Part shown: positions 1-12,946 of the stretch, piece by piece
Layout of the letters: each line of letters opens with the position of its first letter
Position numbering within the stretch: position 1 is the stretch's first letter
Assembly (NCBI GenBank): GCA_010093745.1
Contig: MU005983.1
Coordinates: forward strand, 62,001 to 126,000
Direction of reading: 5' to 3'
DNA from: Piedraia hortae CBS 480.64
Taxonomy: Eukaryota
Length of the DNA: 64,000 bases
Program-made: the position numbers and the translations under genes
Notes under the pieces: model-generated
The model's input: only the letters and a program-made list of their open reading frames with translations
Databases searched by the model: none
Told to the model about the DNA's origin: nothing

Positions 1-140
1 ATTTGCTTTTCAACGGACTTCACCAAACGTGTGCCTTTCAAAGTTCCCAAAAAGCAAAAGATCACTTCACACTCTATATTCAACTTCCCATAACTCCTAT
101 GAAAAGCACACATGCTATGTACAAACAATAGCCAATCTAA

Positions 141-1268
141 TCACTCTGCAAACACCTGGTTCATCAGCTTACAAGCCCTAAGATAATGCTCCCTCACACC
201 AGGAGTAGGTTTCAACGGGTTCGGAGCCTTATCCCAACCATGCGGCACGCCGGGGACCATGTGATAGTGGACCGTCTTCCCGAGCTCCTGGGTTAGCCTT
301 TTCTCAAAATCCTTCCCTTCGTCGAGCAGCATATCAAACTCGCATGTGTGCATGATGATGGTCTCGGGAAGAGCGTTCTTCAACAGCTCAGCCGAGGCCA
401 CGCCGGGGGACAAATAGGGCGAATCAAGCGCGATGGTGTTTGGCGGGTGAAGGTAGCTGTCATCGAATAAATCCGTGAAAACGGCGGGCAGTTCCTGGTC
501 CTTGCGGACGTTTGTCGCCCTGCGCTGTTCGCGCGAGCGAGTATAGTCCAAACTTGGGTACCACGGTACAATGCAGGCGAGATTTATGACTGGCTCGTCG
601 CGGGTTACGCTGGGTTTGGGTAAGATTTCTTCTGCGATGCCGGTTTCATCAACCCGTGTGGTGCTGCTGGCCGTGGAGTGGCCACCTGAAGACCTGAGTT
701 CCACGCGAGCTTCCTTGTGGGTTTCCATACGGAAGCCAGTTTGCTCGTGGTAGAGCCTTATGGGGACTGTGAAGGCCATATTGCCGCCAGAGGAGAAGCC
801 CGAGAGGGCAATCTTGTTGGGGTTGATGCCCAATTCCGCAGCGTTCGCATGTACCCAGCGCACGGCATCTACGCCGTCTTCGACAGCTGTTGGAAACGGA
901 CACTCGGGAGCCAGACGATAGTCTACTGAAACTACGACTGCTTTACATTCTGTCACTACCGTGGCACACCACCGCGCATCGTCGGTGGCGCTGCCGAGCG
1001 TGAAGCCGCCGCCATGGAAGTTAATGACCACTGGTCGACTGTCTGACGGCTTATGGTTGGGCGGCAGGTAGAAGTGAAGGGTAATGTAACCAGACTTCCC
1101 GGCACAAGTGGTTGGAACCTGTCGCGTGAAGTTAGGATTTGGTGGCTGCGGAGGAGCGAATTTATGAAAGAAGATGCCCAGTTTCATAAGGACGCGCCAA
1201 AAGGTCGCCTGGAGGTGCAGCACCCATCGCGGCCGGCCCTGGCCTTGCTTGCGCCATTCACCCGACAT
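141..1268 (-). CDS. Alpha/beta hydrolase, hormone-sensitive-lipase family (Abhydrolase_3) esterase/lipase
   Basis: 375-aa ORF with HGGGF oxyanion motif, VDYRLAPE, GFSSGG nucleophile elbow, and catalytic Asp/His regions (CEFD...PHGW). Confidence 0.9.
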   Translation of the reverse strand: MSGEWRKQGQGRPRWVLHLQATFWRVLMKLGIFFHKFAPPQPPNPNFTRQVPTTCAGKSGYITLHFYLPPNHKPSDSRPVVINFHGGGFTLGSATDDARWCATVVTECKAVVVSVDYRLAPECPFPTAVEDGVDAVRWVHANAAELGINPNKIALSGFSSGGNMAFTVPIRLYHEQTGFRMETHKEARVELRSSGGHSTASSTTRVDETGIAEEILPKPSVTRDEPVINLACIVPWYPSLDYTRSREQRRATNVRKDQELPAVFTDLFDDSYLHPPNTIALDSPYLSPGVASAELLKNALPETIIMHTCEFDMLLDEGKDFEKRLTQELGKTVHYHMVPGVPHGWDKAPNPLKPTPGVREHYLRACKLMNQVFAE

Positions 1269-1350
1269 TGTTTTCTGTCACGTTGTCGGCGGATGCACAC
1301 GGGGATGACTGACGTCATGGCGACGATTACGCATTACACTACGCTAGCTG

Positions 1351-2480
<1,130 letters not shown>

Positions 2481-2663
2481 ACTGTCAACCGCTGTTGACC
2501 TTTATTTTTTTATTCCAGCAGGCAAGTGTGTGGTGGGGCTAGTCCAGATTGCCCTAGCCTGACTCAGTTAGCGGCTGGTGTCGTCCCGCCCCCGCTATGT
2601 CAATTTCCAACTTCACGCCACATTTGCATCGTTGCACCAAACCCAGACGGCGCTCGGAAGGAA

Positions 2664-4484
2664 ATGGTCTTGTCCCGTGAAATTTCTGATTTGGGAACAG
2701 AAGCTCATCATGGACACAGTCGCCCGGGAGACGTCAACTTCGGCAGCCGTCTTCAGAGACGGATCAGCCGTGATCCGAATAAATTCCCGACAGCACAGTT
2801 GGCTTTGCTTGCCCTCATAAGGGTGGCTGAGCCAATCGCCATCACGTCCATATTTCCATATGCGTGGCAGCTAGTGCTGGACTTTAAAGTCGGTGATCCC
2901 GCAGATGCATCATTCTATGCCGGGATCTTGATATCTGCCTTTAACTTGGCCGAAGCCATATCTGGAGTGTAGGTATCATCAAGACGTTCAACTACCATAT
3001 GTTCTAACAGGTGCAGCTTCTGGGGCGGGGTGTCTGATCGATGGGGACGTCGTCCTGTACTTTTCATTGGTTGCTTCGGCACCATTCTGACTCTGCTGAC
3101 AATTGGGTTCTCAGTGAATTTCTGGATGACACTGGCCGGGCGCATAGTCGGTGGGGCACTGAATGGGAATGTAGGTGTTATCCAAACGATGGTGGCGGAG
3201 ATAGTCGTGAATCCCGCCCACGAACCGAAAGCGTACGCTGTCATGCCATTTGTGTGGAGCGTTGGCATCATTGTTGGGCCGGCTGTGGGTGGCTACTTTG
3301 CAAGTCCAGCTGAGAGCTTTCCCGGCAGTTTCCTAGACATTCCCCTTTTCCGCAGGTTCCCATATGCGTTGCCCAACTTGATTTGCGCTTCGTTGATGCT
3401 GGTGTCCATTGTCATTGGGTATCTGACACTGGAAGAAACTCACCCCGATATGCAGCCGTGGAGCACCAAGGAAGACCTTGAACACACGGATACCGTAACG
3501 CCTTATAGCGCCCAAGGCAGTACCCAGTACCAAGCTGTTAATTTAGAGCGCCCCGAGACGTATGGTACTTTTACAGAAGTCAATGAAGACGTTGGGGAGG
3601 AGTGGAACTTGCGGCGTGATGGCACAAGTCGGCCACCGAGCTTAAAAGGCAACTCCGGTCGAGTCTTTACCAAACGCATCATGATGCTCATGCTTGCTCT
3701 TGGCATCTTTACCTATCACAGTATGACCTACGATCATCTGATGCCCATCTTTTTCCAGGACGAGCGAGTTCCCGGTGTGCATACGAATTCATCACCTCTT
3801 ACGACCAAGAATGGTGCTTTTGGCAACCAAAATGGTTCATTTGCCGGTGGACTGGGCTTATCGGTCAAGCAATGCGGCATTATACTTGCCGTGAATGGCG
3901 TAATTGCCCTTTTTGTCCAGGCCGTCATCTTCCCCTTCGCCGCCAGCCAACTGGGAGTGTGGAGATCTTTCCTCATGACGGCCATCCTACACCCAATTGC
4001 CTACTTCATCGTGCCATGGCTGGTGCTACTGCCCCCATCCCTATTATACCCAGGAATTTACACATGCCTGGTGGTCCGCAACCTCATGTCAATCCTCGCC
4101 TACCCACTCCTGTTAATCCTGATCAAAGAGGCATCGACCTCGAGCTCCTGTCTTGGCAAGATCAACGGCCTCTCAGCTTCCACTGGCGCCGCCTGCCGAA
4201 CTATCGCCTCTCCCATAGCCGGGCTGCTTTACAGCATGGGCGACAAAACCGACTTTACCCCCATGGCCTGGTGGGCCAGTGCCTTGGTTGCCGTCATTGG
4301 TGCTTTTCAGGCATTTTCCATCACAAACCAGATCAAAGGACCTCATTATCAAGTCCGCCCCGTGGCCCCGTGTCGCTTCATGCCAAACGACGAGGGGCTC
4401 GTTAACACGGTCAAGATCAGAGTATACGATTCGCCTGACAGTGCTAGCGTAGATGAGAACACGCCGCTGATGACTTCGCCTTAA
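2664..4484 (+). CDS. Major facilitator superfamily transporter (YCR023C/ZIFL-like), 2 exons
   Basis: IRVAEPIAITSIFPY N-terminal helix, MFS motif A (GGVSDRWGRRPV), multiple hydrophobic helices; intron 2969-3016 (GTAGGT...CTAAC...CAG) joins the two ORFs in frame. Confidence 0.88.
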
Positions 4485-5029
4485 TTGGGCATTAGAAGGG
4501 AGTTTAGGGCGCTTGTTTTGTAAAAGTATAAATACCTCGCACCATGGATAAAAGTGTGTATTGTACCAGAGAATGCGTATAGCAGCCTTTTCGCCGGCAC
4601 GAGCTTATTCGAGTCACGTTTGGGCACTTCCAAGGAAAACAGTTGTTCGAGATGGACTGGTCCCTCATCTTGGACGGATGGATTAAGATAAACGAAGACA
4701 GTTGCCAGATTATGAGCTCAAATATGGGCCAGACTGTATCATTATGGTTTTGTGAGCCGCCCAAGAGGAAAATCGAAAAACCTTAAAATTTCGAAAATTT
4801 TGATTTGAGGTGGAAAGCAAGAAAAGCAGCTTGCGAGTTTGGTATTCCACCGAAAAAGCACGGAGAGGAAGAGTTCGGGTAGAGATTAATTTTGTATAGA
4901 CTCGACAGAATCATTTACGACATTCTGATGCGACTAAATCACTTCTATCTCGGGATCCATCCATCTCTTATTGTACATGTAGAATTACACGAGTTTGGAT
5001 TACAGTACATTATATACAGCCCACAACGT

Positions 5030-6439
5030 CTATCGAGATTTCTTGAGTGTCTCCACCATCTCAATCGCTCCTCTCGGGTTATACTTGTTATCCAGATAAA
5101 GCCCCTGTATCTGAGCAGGACTCACACTGCCCAAGAGGTCCAAGTCTGCCAATCTCTGCACAAACTCGTCCTTCATCTTCCCATCAACATCCTTCTCCCC
5201 GTAATACCTTTCCCACAGCCTAGCAGCCTGGTCTGTATCCACATTACCGAGCTCAATTACCTTATCAACCCTACCCGGTCTCACAAGCCCAGGATCCAGT
5301 CTATCGATGAAATTCGTCGTCATGAAAACGATCCTTCCCTCACCGACTCCCACACCATCCAACGCATTCAACAGCCCGGAAAAGGTGACATTCGCCCCAG
5401 CATACCCATCGCCATCAGCCTGCCGTCTATTATTAAACGCCGCATCCGCATCCTCTAGCAGCACGATAGTATCAGCCGGCAGGTTCCGAAGGAGAAGCTT
5501 AAGCCTATCATCGGTCAAACCGCGCTGGCTCAACGAAAGCATGGCAATATTATATTCCAGTGCACCAGCGAGAGCCTCAACATACGATGTCTTTCCCGTT
5601 CCCGGCGGACCGTGAAGGAGGTAACCCCTCGTATACCTGATACCTCTATTCAGATACAGCTGTCTCTCGCTCAGAAAACCCTTAACATCGTTGAGGATGA
5701 ACTCAGCCTTGTTGCGAGCGAGGACGACAGAGTCGAAAGGTTTCCTCGGCATCGGGGGTCCATCAACAGCCCACCCCATCGCTGATGTTGAAGTATACAC
5801 AACCATCTTTCCCTCAACAACCCGCGACGCACGCAGGTGCGCCTCGCGGAACATATCATCTAAGACGAACCTGTGTCGGTACAGTGTCGTGAAACGGATA
5901 CTCTCAAACGGCACACCGTTGGAGTCGAAGGCTCTGCCTACTCGTTCGCGGGTGACTGCGATCCACGCACCGCGGAAGTAGAGGAATGACCGCCCCAGAC
6001 CGGGTAGGAGGGAGAATACGACCTTCTTCTTCCCCGAGGGGTCGCCCATTGCGTCCATTCGCGTATGTGCCTGTAGATGGTGTAGCCGTGGGGCTAGTCT
6101 CTCCATCCATCCGCCCGCTCCGTTTTGTTGTCTGGTGGCATGGTGTTGGGTTATCCACTCGAGGAACCAAGGGAAACTTGCGTCGTTGCGCTGCACTTCC
6201 ATGTTTACGAGTATTCGCTCACGTAATAGTGATGCTGCGCTGCGCACGCCCACAGAGCCATATCGCACTACTGCGCCTATGCATGCTAATCCGAATCCTC
6301 CGGTGAAAAGTGGATTGCTTAGCAGCTGTTCGTAGAGTGTGGGATTGTTATGCACAGCTTGTGACACTCCTTCGGCAATGCTCGTTGTGGTTCCATTGGT
6401 TGGTCCATGTCCTTCTCGCTGTGTAAAGAGTTGGTTCAT
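5030..6439 (-). CDS. BCS1: Mitochondrial AAA chaperone Bcs1
   Basis: N-terminal LLSNPLFTGGFGL transmembrane segment, [15 protein letters not shown]alker A, LLEDAD Walker B, VTFSGLLNALDGV, RPGRVD. Confidence 0.95.
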   Translation of the reverse strand: MNQLFTQREGHGPTNGTTTSIAEGVSQAVHNNPTLYEQLLSNPLFTGGFGLACIGAVVRYGSVGVRSAASLLRERILVNMEVQRNDASFPWFLEWITQHHATRQQNGAGGWMERLAPRLHHLQAHTRMDAMGDPSGKKKVVFSLLPGLGRSFLYFRGAWIAVTRERVGRAFDSNGVPFESIRFTTLYRHRFVLDDMFREAHLRASRVVEGKMVVYTSTSAMGWAVDGPPMPRKPFDSVVLARNKAEFILNDVKGFLSERQLYLNRGIRYTRGYLLHGPPGTGKTSYVEALAGALEYNIAMLSLSQRGLTDDRLKLLLRNLPADTIVLLEDADAAFNNRRQADGDGYAGANVTFSGLLNALDGVGVGEGRIVFMTTNFIDRLDPGLVRPGRVDKVIELGNVDTDQAARLWERYYGEKDVDGKMKDEFVQRLADLDLLGSVSPAQIQGLYLDNKYNPRGAIEMVETLKKSR

Positions 6440-6592
6440 GGTCGTGGGAGAGCAGATAACTGTGTTACGTCGGTCTGCTGCAGCTTTTTGATTAATGGAT
6501 TACTCCAGTTCTGTTAATCACCAACAGTGAGGATGTGCTTCCGAGCTGCAGTCATGAAGCCAAAATAAAAAGCTGAGGAAAAAATTATCCTC

Positions 6593-6673
6593 TGCCACCA
6601 GGCGGAATCGAACCGCCGATCTTCTCATGATCACGCTTACGAGTGAGACGCTGTACCACTAAGCCATGGCGGC
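6593..6673 (-). tRNA. tRNA-Thr(CGT) with 9-nt intron
   Basis: Reverse strand folds as GCCGCCA/TGGTGGC acceptor stem, D loop AGTGGTA, TCTCA/TGAGA anticodon stem with CT-CGT-A, intron AGCGTGATC, GGCGG-TTCGATT-CCGCC T arm; T6 Pol III terminator just downstream. Confidence 0.93.
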
Positions 6674-6927
6674 CGTTGACATGAAGGCCAACAGACACAT
6701 TGACATATTACAGTACTTTCATACACGACCCATAGGATCAACATGGCTTGCATGAGATGCAAGCAGTGAAAAACTGTTTGTGTGGCGGGTCTCTTGAAGG
6801 AATATGTAGCTACGTGATGGTCCGTCTCTTGTTCGAAATGCTGACCCCCTTTCAAGCTGTGCACGTGCTCAACACAAGCTCCACCGGTTCGCCGTCACGC
6901 GCAGGTCTCACGGCAAGATAAGGAGCT

Positions 6928-9900
6928 ATGACGGATTCCGAAAACGTAGCCTCGGGGCCTTCGTCGCCGTCCAGTCCGCGCCGGAGGTCGACGCATTCGC
7001 AGGGCAGAGTCGGTGAACCGAAGAAGCTTGGAGCCGCCGGTCGCAACACGCAACAGGCCACTTCGCGTCCACAGCAGCGGCCCTCTCTTGCAACAATGTC
7101 CTCTGCCGCACCCCATCGTGGGCAGGAGTTCTCGGTCGATGACAACATTACGGAAATTGAGGGCGACCTGCAGCAAGCGCGGGCTAGAAGGAAGGAAGAA
7201 CAGCAGCGGGAAAGACAACAGCTGAGGAGGAAGGCGAGTACATTGAGGAGGAAGCCATATACGTTGAGTATGATTGAAAGCGAAGATGAGCCACGCGCTC
7301 AGGCATCGGGAAGCGAGTTCAGACAAAGGGTTGGTGGTGGTGAGATGACGGAGGAACCACAACAGCAGGACGAAGATGAGGATACGCCAGATGGGGATAA
7401 TAATGACGACGATGACGACGATGAACCGGATCTCAGTGATGCCGAGAGCTTCACGCTAAAGGATAGGCAACAAGCCATCAATGAAACCCACCCATTCGGT
7501 ATCAGGATCTGGAAGCCTGCGCTATACAAGAAACATCGCTCTGTTCAGACGAATGCTGAGGGAGACATTCACAGCGCGCCTGGTGGGAACGTGAGCCACT
7601 GGCTGTGGTTCTTCAACGGGCTTTGGACCTTGGTGTTTGGCTGGTGGCTGGCTATCCTGGCTGGAGCCGGTGGGATCGTCAATCTTCTAGTGGCTGCCGT
7701 GCTCGGCCTTCAAAGTTCGTTAGAGTACGGACATGTTCTCCTCAACCTCGCCAGCTACCTGTTCTATCCGTTTGGAAAATGCCTCAGGCTGGAGCGGGAC
7801 GAGGCATATCTAGACGAAGATGAAGGCGAAGGCCGGAGCATCAGTGAATACGAGCGATGGCAGACTGGCGATCTGGAAGAGGGGCGGCTGTTCTTTGGAC
7901 CTACAGATATCACTCATTCCATCGTAGGCAGAAGGCGAGAAGAAGTCGAAGATGTTGAGCCTCCGCCCAACGAGACTGACAGCCTTCTCGGTCGGCCGAA
8001 CCGTCACGAGTCTCCGTCAAGGACGATGAGAATGCAGACGAAGAACAGACTCTTCGGCCGCGGCGAATGGAACACTGGCAGAGTCATCTTCTTCCTCTCC
8101 TTCTACGCCATAATCGGCCCCTGCCTTTTCGTCGTTAGCGCCATCTGCTGGTTCTTGGTCTTCACCATCCCCATGGGCAAGGTGACTCTGTTGCTTTTCT
8201 ACCACCTTCGTCGTCACCCGCTGGCGATGCGGTTCGGGTCTGGCTCTACCAGAGCCGGCGAAGGAGGCTCCGTTGTCCTCTGCACTTACCGTGCTGTGGG
8301 CATCAAGTACTGGAAGTACACCATCGACGGGACCAATATCTTCCTCATCAACCTTCTTGGCCTCGTCGTCTTTGCCATTATCGACTACTTTGTGCTTTAT
8401 GAAGCCCTGGGCTTCCGAACCTGGTTCACTAATTTGGGACTGATATTCACAATGTCCCTTGCATCAGTTATCCCGTTGGCCTATTTCATTGGCCAGGCTG
8501 TTGCGTCCATCTCGGCCCAGTCTTCCATGGGCGTGGGTGCAACCATCAATGCGTTTTTCAGCACTGTCGTTGAAGTCTTCCTCTACTGTGTTGCTTTGAA
8601 AGAAGGCAAGGCGCAGCTGGTGGAGGGGAGTGTCATTGGCTCGATCTTCGCAGGTATTCTGTTCCTGCCCGGGCTGTCAATGTGCTTTGGCGCCATCCGT
8701 CGTAAGACCCAGCGGTTCAATGTCAAGTCCGCTGGAGTCACATCCAATATGCTCCTGTTCGCCGTCATTGGTGCTTTCGGGCCCACACTCTTCTACCAAA
8801 TTTATGGCACCCACGAACTAAAGTGCCGACAGTGTTCTCATATCGGTTCAAAGGACCAGCAAGATTGTAGAAGATGTTACTTTGACCAGACGCCATTGAT
8901 AAATGATCGCTTCTTCCTGGATGCTGTCCAGCCCTATATTTGGTTCTCGGCAATTTGTCTCTTCCTGAGCTATATCATCGGGCTGCTCTTCACGCTCAGA
9001 ACGCATGCAGCAATCATCTGGAGCAACGAACCAGATGAGAAGAAAGAGGCAATCAAGGAGGAAGCGATGAGGCGATGGGAAGAAAGGCATCACCCATTGA
9101 AAGCGAGGCCTGGTGAACAGAGGCTGTCTCGAGACAACATCAAAGACAGCCAAATGTACAAACGACTCGTAAAGGAAGGACTCAAGCAAGCTGGCGTCGT
9201 AAAACCGAAGCAGCCCGAGGATCAGCCACCATACATGGTCCCGCCTAAAACACCAGAGGGGGATGCGAGGAAGATTACAGGGCTGAGCGCAGAAGACAAC
9301 CGGGCTCTCGTACAACAAGTCATCGAAGCAGCAGCCACGGTGGCAACGGCAGCAACCCGGGATGCAACAAAAGCACCCGCGAAGAGCGCCCTCATGGCTA
9401 CGACGGCAGCTAAACGCAGTCAATCGGTCGGTAGTACACGACACAGCGTGGGCTATGGGACTGCAGAGCCCAGCCGCCCGCCCACTATCCCAGACAAGCA
9501 CGACCACGACGCATCTGGTGGACATGATGCGCCCAACTGGTCCCGCATGAAATCATCCGTCATCTTGTTGACGGCAACTGTGGCCTACGCCGTCATTGCC
9601 GAGATCCTCGTAGGCACTGTCGACGTCGTCTTGAGCAACTCGGACATTGACGAGAAGTTCCTCGGCATCTCCCTATTCTCTCTCGTCCCCAACACAACCG
9701 AGTTTCTTAACGCCATCTCATTCGCTATGAACGGAAACGTGGCGCTGTCGATGGAAATCGGTTCCTCTTACGCGCTGCAAGTCATGCTTCTGCAGATTCC
9801 ATGTCTGGTGTTGTTCTCTGCCCTCTTTGGCTACTATTTTCACCCACCAGACCCGATGCAGCATTCATTTCTCTTACTGTTCCCACAGTGGGACATGGTC

Positions 9901-10136
9901 ACCGTCATCTTGGCTGTCATCCTCATGGGATGGATCTTCGGCGAAGGGAAGAGCAATTACTTCAAAGGCAGCCTGCTCATCTTTACTTACCTCGTTGTCA
10001 CGGTGGGCTTCTATTTCAGTGGCTACGTTGATACGGTATGGACAACGCCCTGCACGAACGGGAGAGAGCTAACATGACACAGGCCACCATGGGCGTTGAC
10101 CGGAATGATACACTTGCTTTGGGCATTGTTCGTTGA
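6928..10136 (+). CDS. VNX1: Vacuolar cation/H+ antiporter Vnx1 (CAX type II family), 2 exons
   Basis: TLKDRQQAINETHPFGIRIWKPALYKK, YccF-like segment, two Na/Ca-exchanger repeats (GATINAFFST; PNTTEFLNAISFA); terminal intron 10036-10082. Confidence 0.93.
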
Positions 10137-10184
10137 GATATATTAGTCAATTACAATATGTTTACAGCACGCTTCTTCCATTAT

Positions 10185-10470
10185 TTAAAGCCTATTCCTG
10201 TCAGTACTTGTTGCAGTCGTTCTTGAGTGAGACATACGGAGGCAGTAGAAGCTCGCTCCAGCTGCTGTGTAGAAAGGCAACTCCGACCTATACAAGCCGT
10301 TAGAATCGCCTGTTGGGTGACGGTGTCGAACGTACGGCGAAGAAGGCGATTGACTTTGCAATGTTCCTGTACTCGGGGCTTTCGGCCATTTCGCGGGCCT
10401 TATCCGTGAAGCTTCCGCCGCCGCGTTGAGTGGTGCCGATGGCGCGCGATGAGGGAATCGGTCGGGGCAT
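10185..10470 (-). CDS. TOM6: Mitochondrial TOM complex small subunit Tom6, 3 exons, 63 aa (absent from ORF track)
   Basis: Exons 10470-10336, 10287-10238, 10191-10185 with GTACGT..CTAAC..TAG and GTATGT..CTGAC..TAG introns give MPRPIPSSRA...SPEYRNIAKSIAFFAVGVAFLHSSWSELLLPPL; C-terminal transmembrane segment plus FLHSSWSELLLPP is typical of Pezizomycotina Tom6. Confidence 0.82.
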
Positions 10471-10615
10471 TTTTGAATTGTTCGATGAAGTCGCAGTTCA
10501 GAGGACGTTTTGCTTCGCCGCTGGCTGCGGGCCGTTCCGCCGCTAAACCTTTGGGAGCACCGCTGCCAACGCGGCTCTTTTTACAGCCCGCGACATCTTT
10601 CAGACACCTTACACC

Positions 10616-11834
10616 ATGGCGCTCGACACTTTCTTCCATAACAAGATTGAGAGCATGAAAATCGAGATTAGGCAAGGTCAGGCCGTTCTCCGGCGTCTGG
10701 AGGCACAGCGCAACGAATACAACAGCCGGGTACGGTTATTGCGCGAGGAGCTGGGCCTTTTACAGCAGCCGGGGAGCTATGTTGGAGAGGTAGTCAAGGT
10801 CATGGGGTCCAAGAAGGTGCTGGTCAAGGTTCATCCCGAGGGGAAATACGGTCAGTACAGCATCTTCATACATCGAATTCTATACTGACAATATACCAGT
10901 CGTCGACGTTGCGGACAGTATCGACATCAGTCAACTGACCGCCGGAAAACGTGTCACCCTTCTCTCCGATTCCTACAAGCTCTCTTCCTTGCTACCGTCG
11001 TCGGTAGACCCACTAGTGTCGCTCATGATGGTGGAAAAGGTGCCAGACAGCACATATGACATGATTGGCGGACTAGATGAGCAAATCAAGCAGATTAAAG
11101 AAGTCATCGAGCTGGGTCTGAAACACCCAGAACTCTTTGAATCTCTCGGCATCGCGCAGCCCAAAGGTGTGCTGCTCTACGGCCCCCCAGGAACAGGCAA
11201 GACCCTCCTTGCGCGCGCCGTTGCGCACCACACAGACTGCCACTTCATCCGCGTCAGCGGCTCAGAGCTGGTACAAAAGTACATTGGCGAGGGATCCCGC
11301 ATGGTGCGCGAACTCTTCGTCATGGCGCGCGAACACGCCCCAAGCATAATTTTCATGGACGAAATCGACTCCATCGGCTCCTCTCGCGTAGACGGATCCT
11401 CTGGCGGCGACTCCGAGGTCCAACGCACCATGCTCGAGCTCCTCAACCAGCTCGATGGCTTCGAACCCACCAAGAACATCAAAGTCATCATGGCAACCAA
11501 CAGACTGGACATCCTTGACCCCGCGCTTCTTCGTCCCGGCCGCATTGATCGCAAAATCGAATTCCCTCCTCCAACAACGGAGGCGCGAGCGGATATCCTC
11601 CGCATCCACTCCCGCAGCATGAACCTGACCAGAGGCATCGACCTTAACAAGATCGCAGAAAGGATGAACGGCTGCTCGGGAGCAGAGCTCAAGGGCGTCT
11701 GTACCGAGGCGGGAATGTACGCCCTGAGGGAACGAAGGGTACATGTTACCCAAGAGGACTTTGAACTTGCAACCGCAAAGGTCCTCCAGAGACATGACGA
11801 TAAGGAAATGAGCTTGACTAAGCTGTGGAAGTGA
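10616..11834 (+). CDS. RPT6: 26S proteasome regulatory AAA-ATPase Rpt6, 2 exons
   Basis: [45 protein letters not shown]-terminal KLWK; intron 10851-10899. Confidence 0.97.
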
Positions 11835-12607
11835 ATATGTAATACTAGAATTTGCTGTGCTCACCCTCCCTCTGTTTCGTGATTGTGTCTTGCCACTGAT
11901 GCTTGTTAAGAGGTTGGTGATTTTTGGGGTTGGGATATATGCACTCGCTCCAGCGGTATTTGCACACAAAGTCTTCATTGGCCTAGTGGCTCCGCTTGTT
12001 GATCACTGGTGAGCCCCCAATGAAATGTTCTTGTTTTCTAAACGCTCATTCTGCCTAACCCCATCTACGCTCGAATGCAGTTTGCACAGACAAAAATCAT
12101 TTCGATGGAGAACGGGTTATGCGGTATCCAGCATTCGAAATTTTACCTAGCTACGTTATCTACCTATTTCCAGCTCAACTCTTCAAGAATGGAAGAGCGT
12201 GTTTACTACGAATCAACCGCTCATCCCAAGCTCTGAATGGGCGAATGAAGGAAGCACCCTACCCATATCATTGGTCCTCGCAGCAGCTGAAATCGCAAAG
12301 CGCTCCGGGAGCCTTTGTCTTACTACCTTCCCATTTCCTGTGTGGGTATTGCATAATAGCAAGCTGCTTCCATTGGAGACAAAGTACCTCGCAGATGTCT
12401 CGCAAGACAGGAAAGATAAATCACGACTTTACATTGTTGCGCTGTTGGTAGCAAGTGGGAGTATGCATATACTTCCACTTGCCATCAGAGCAAAACATCC
12501 TTTGCGTCGCGTTTCACAGTACTCACCGTGAAATCATTGCCGCAGCTGTGTTTCCTGAAATTCGTCAGATTCTTTCATTATGCTTACATGTAGCGATTGG
12601 TATGGTT

Positions 12608-12946
12608 ATAATCTTTCATTTCTCAGTCCTAGTACACGAAAAGCCACATTTGGCGCGGTGGCTCTCGTTTGAATTAGCCCGTCTGCCTTAGTAGTCGTGG
12701 TTCAAATCTGTCGCTGATTAAAACACTCCTTTTTTTTTTGCACTTTCACATTTAGTGCTCAAAGATGTGAATACACACATCTCATGGTCGTGAGAATGGT
12801 AGACATTCACTGCTGCATCTTGTTTCGCTGTTGTTGGTCGCTTTTTCGAGGTGTTGATTGTGCTGGGTGTTGTTCATAATCAATTCATTTCCAGTCTTAG
12901 TATACCAAAAAGTCCTCGTGGCGTGGTGGCTCTCGTTTGCATTAGC
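12608..12946. repeat. Degenerate direct repeat, two ~70-bp cores (12608-12678 and 12876-12946)
   Basis: ATAATC..TTCATTTC(T)CAGTCYTAGTAYAC.AAAA...TGGCGYGGTGGCTCTCGTTTG.ATTAGC occurs twice, offset ~268 bp; each is followed by AACACT and a poly-T run. Confidence 0.8.

Noticed and set aside
4504..4900. Small ORF, TATAAAT and A/T tracts between the MFS gene and BCS1
   Set aside because: Non-ATG start; no snRNA or protein motif recognised; compatible with convergent 3' UTRs.
12050..12065. CCTAACCCC as possible telomerase RNA template or telomeric seed
   Set aside because: Does not give the ~1.5 repeats of TAACCC expected of a template; single occurrence.
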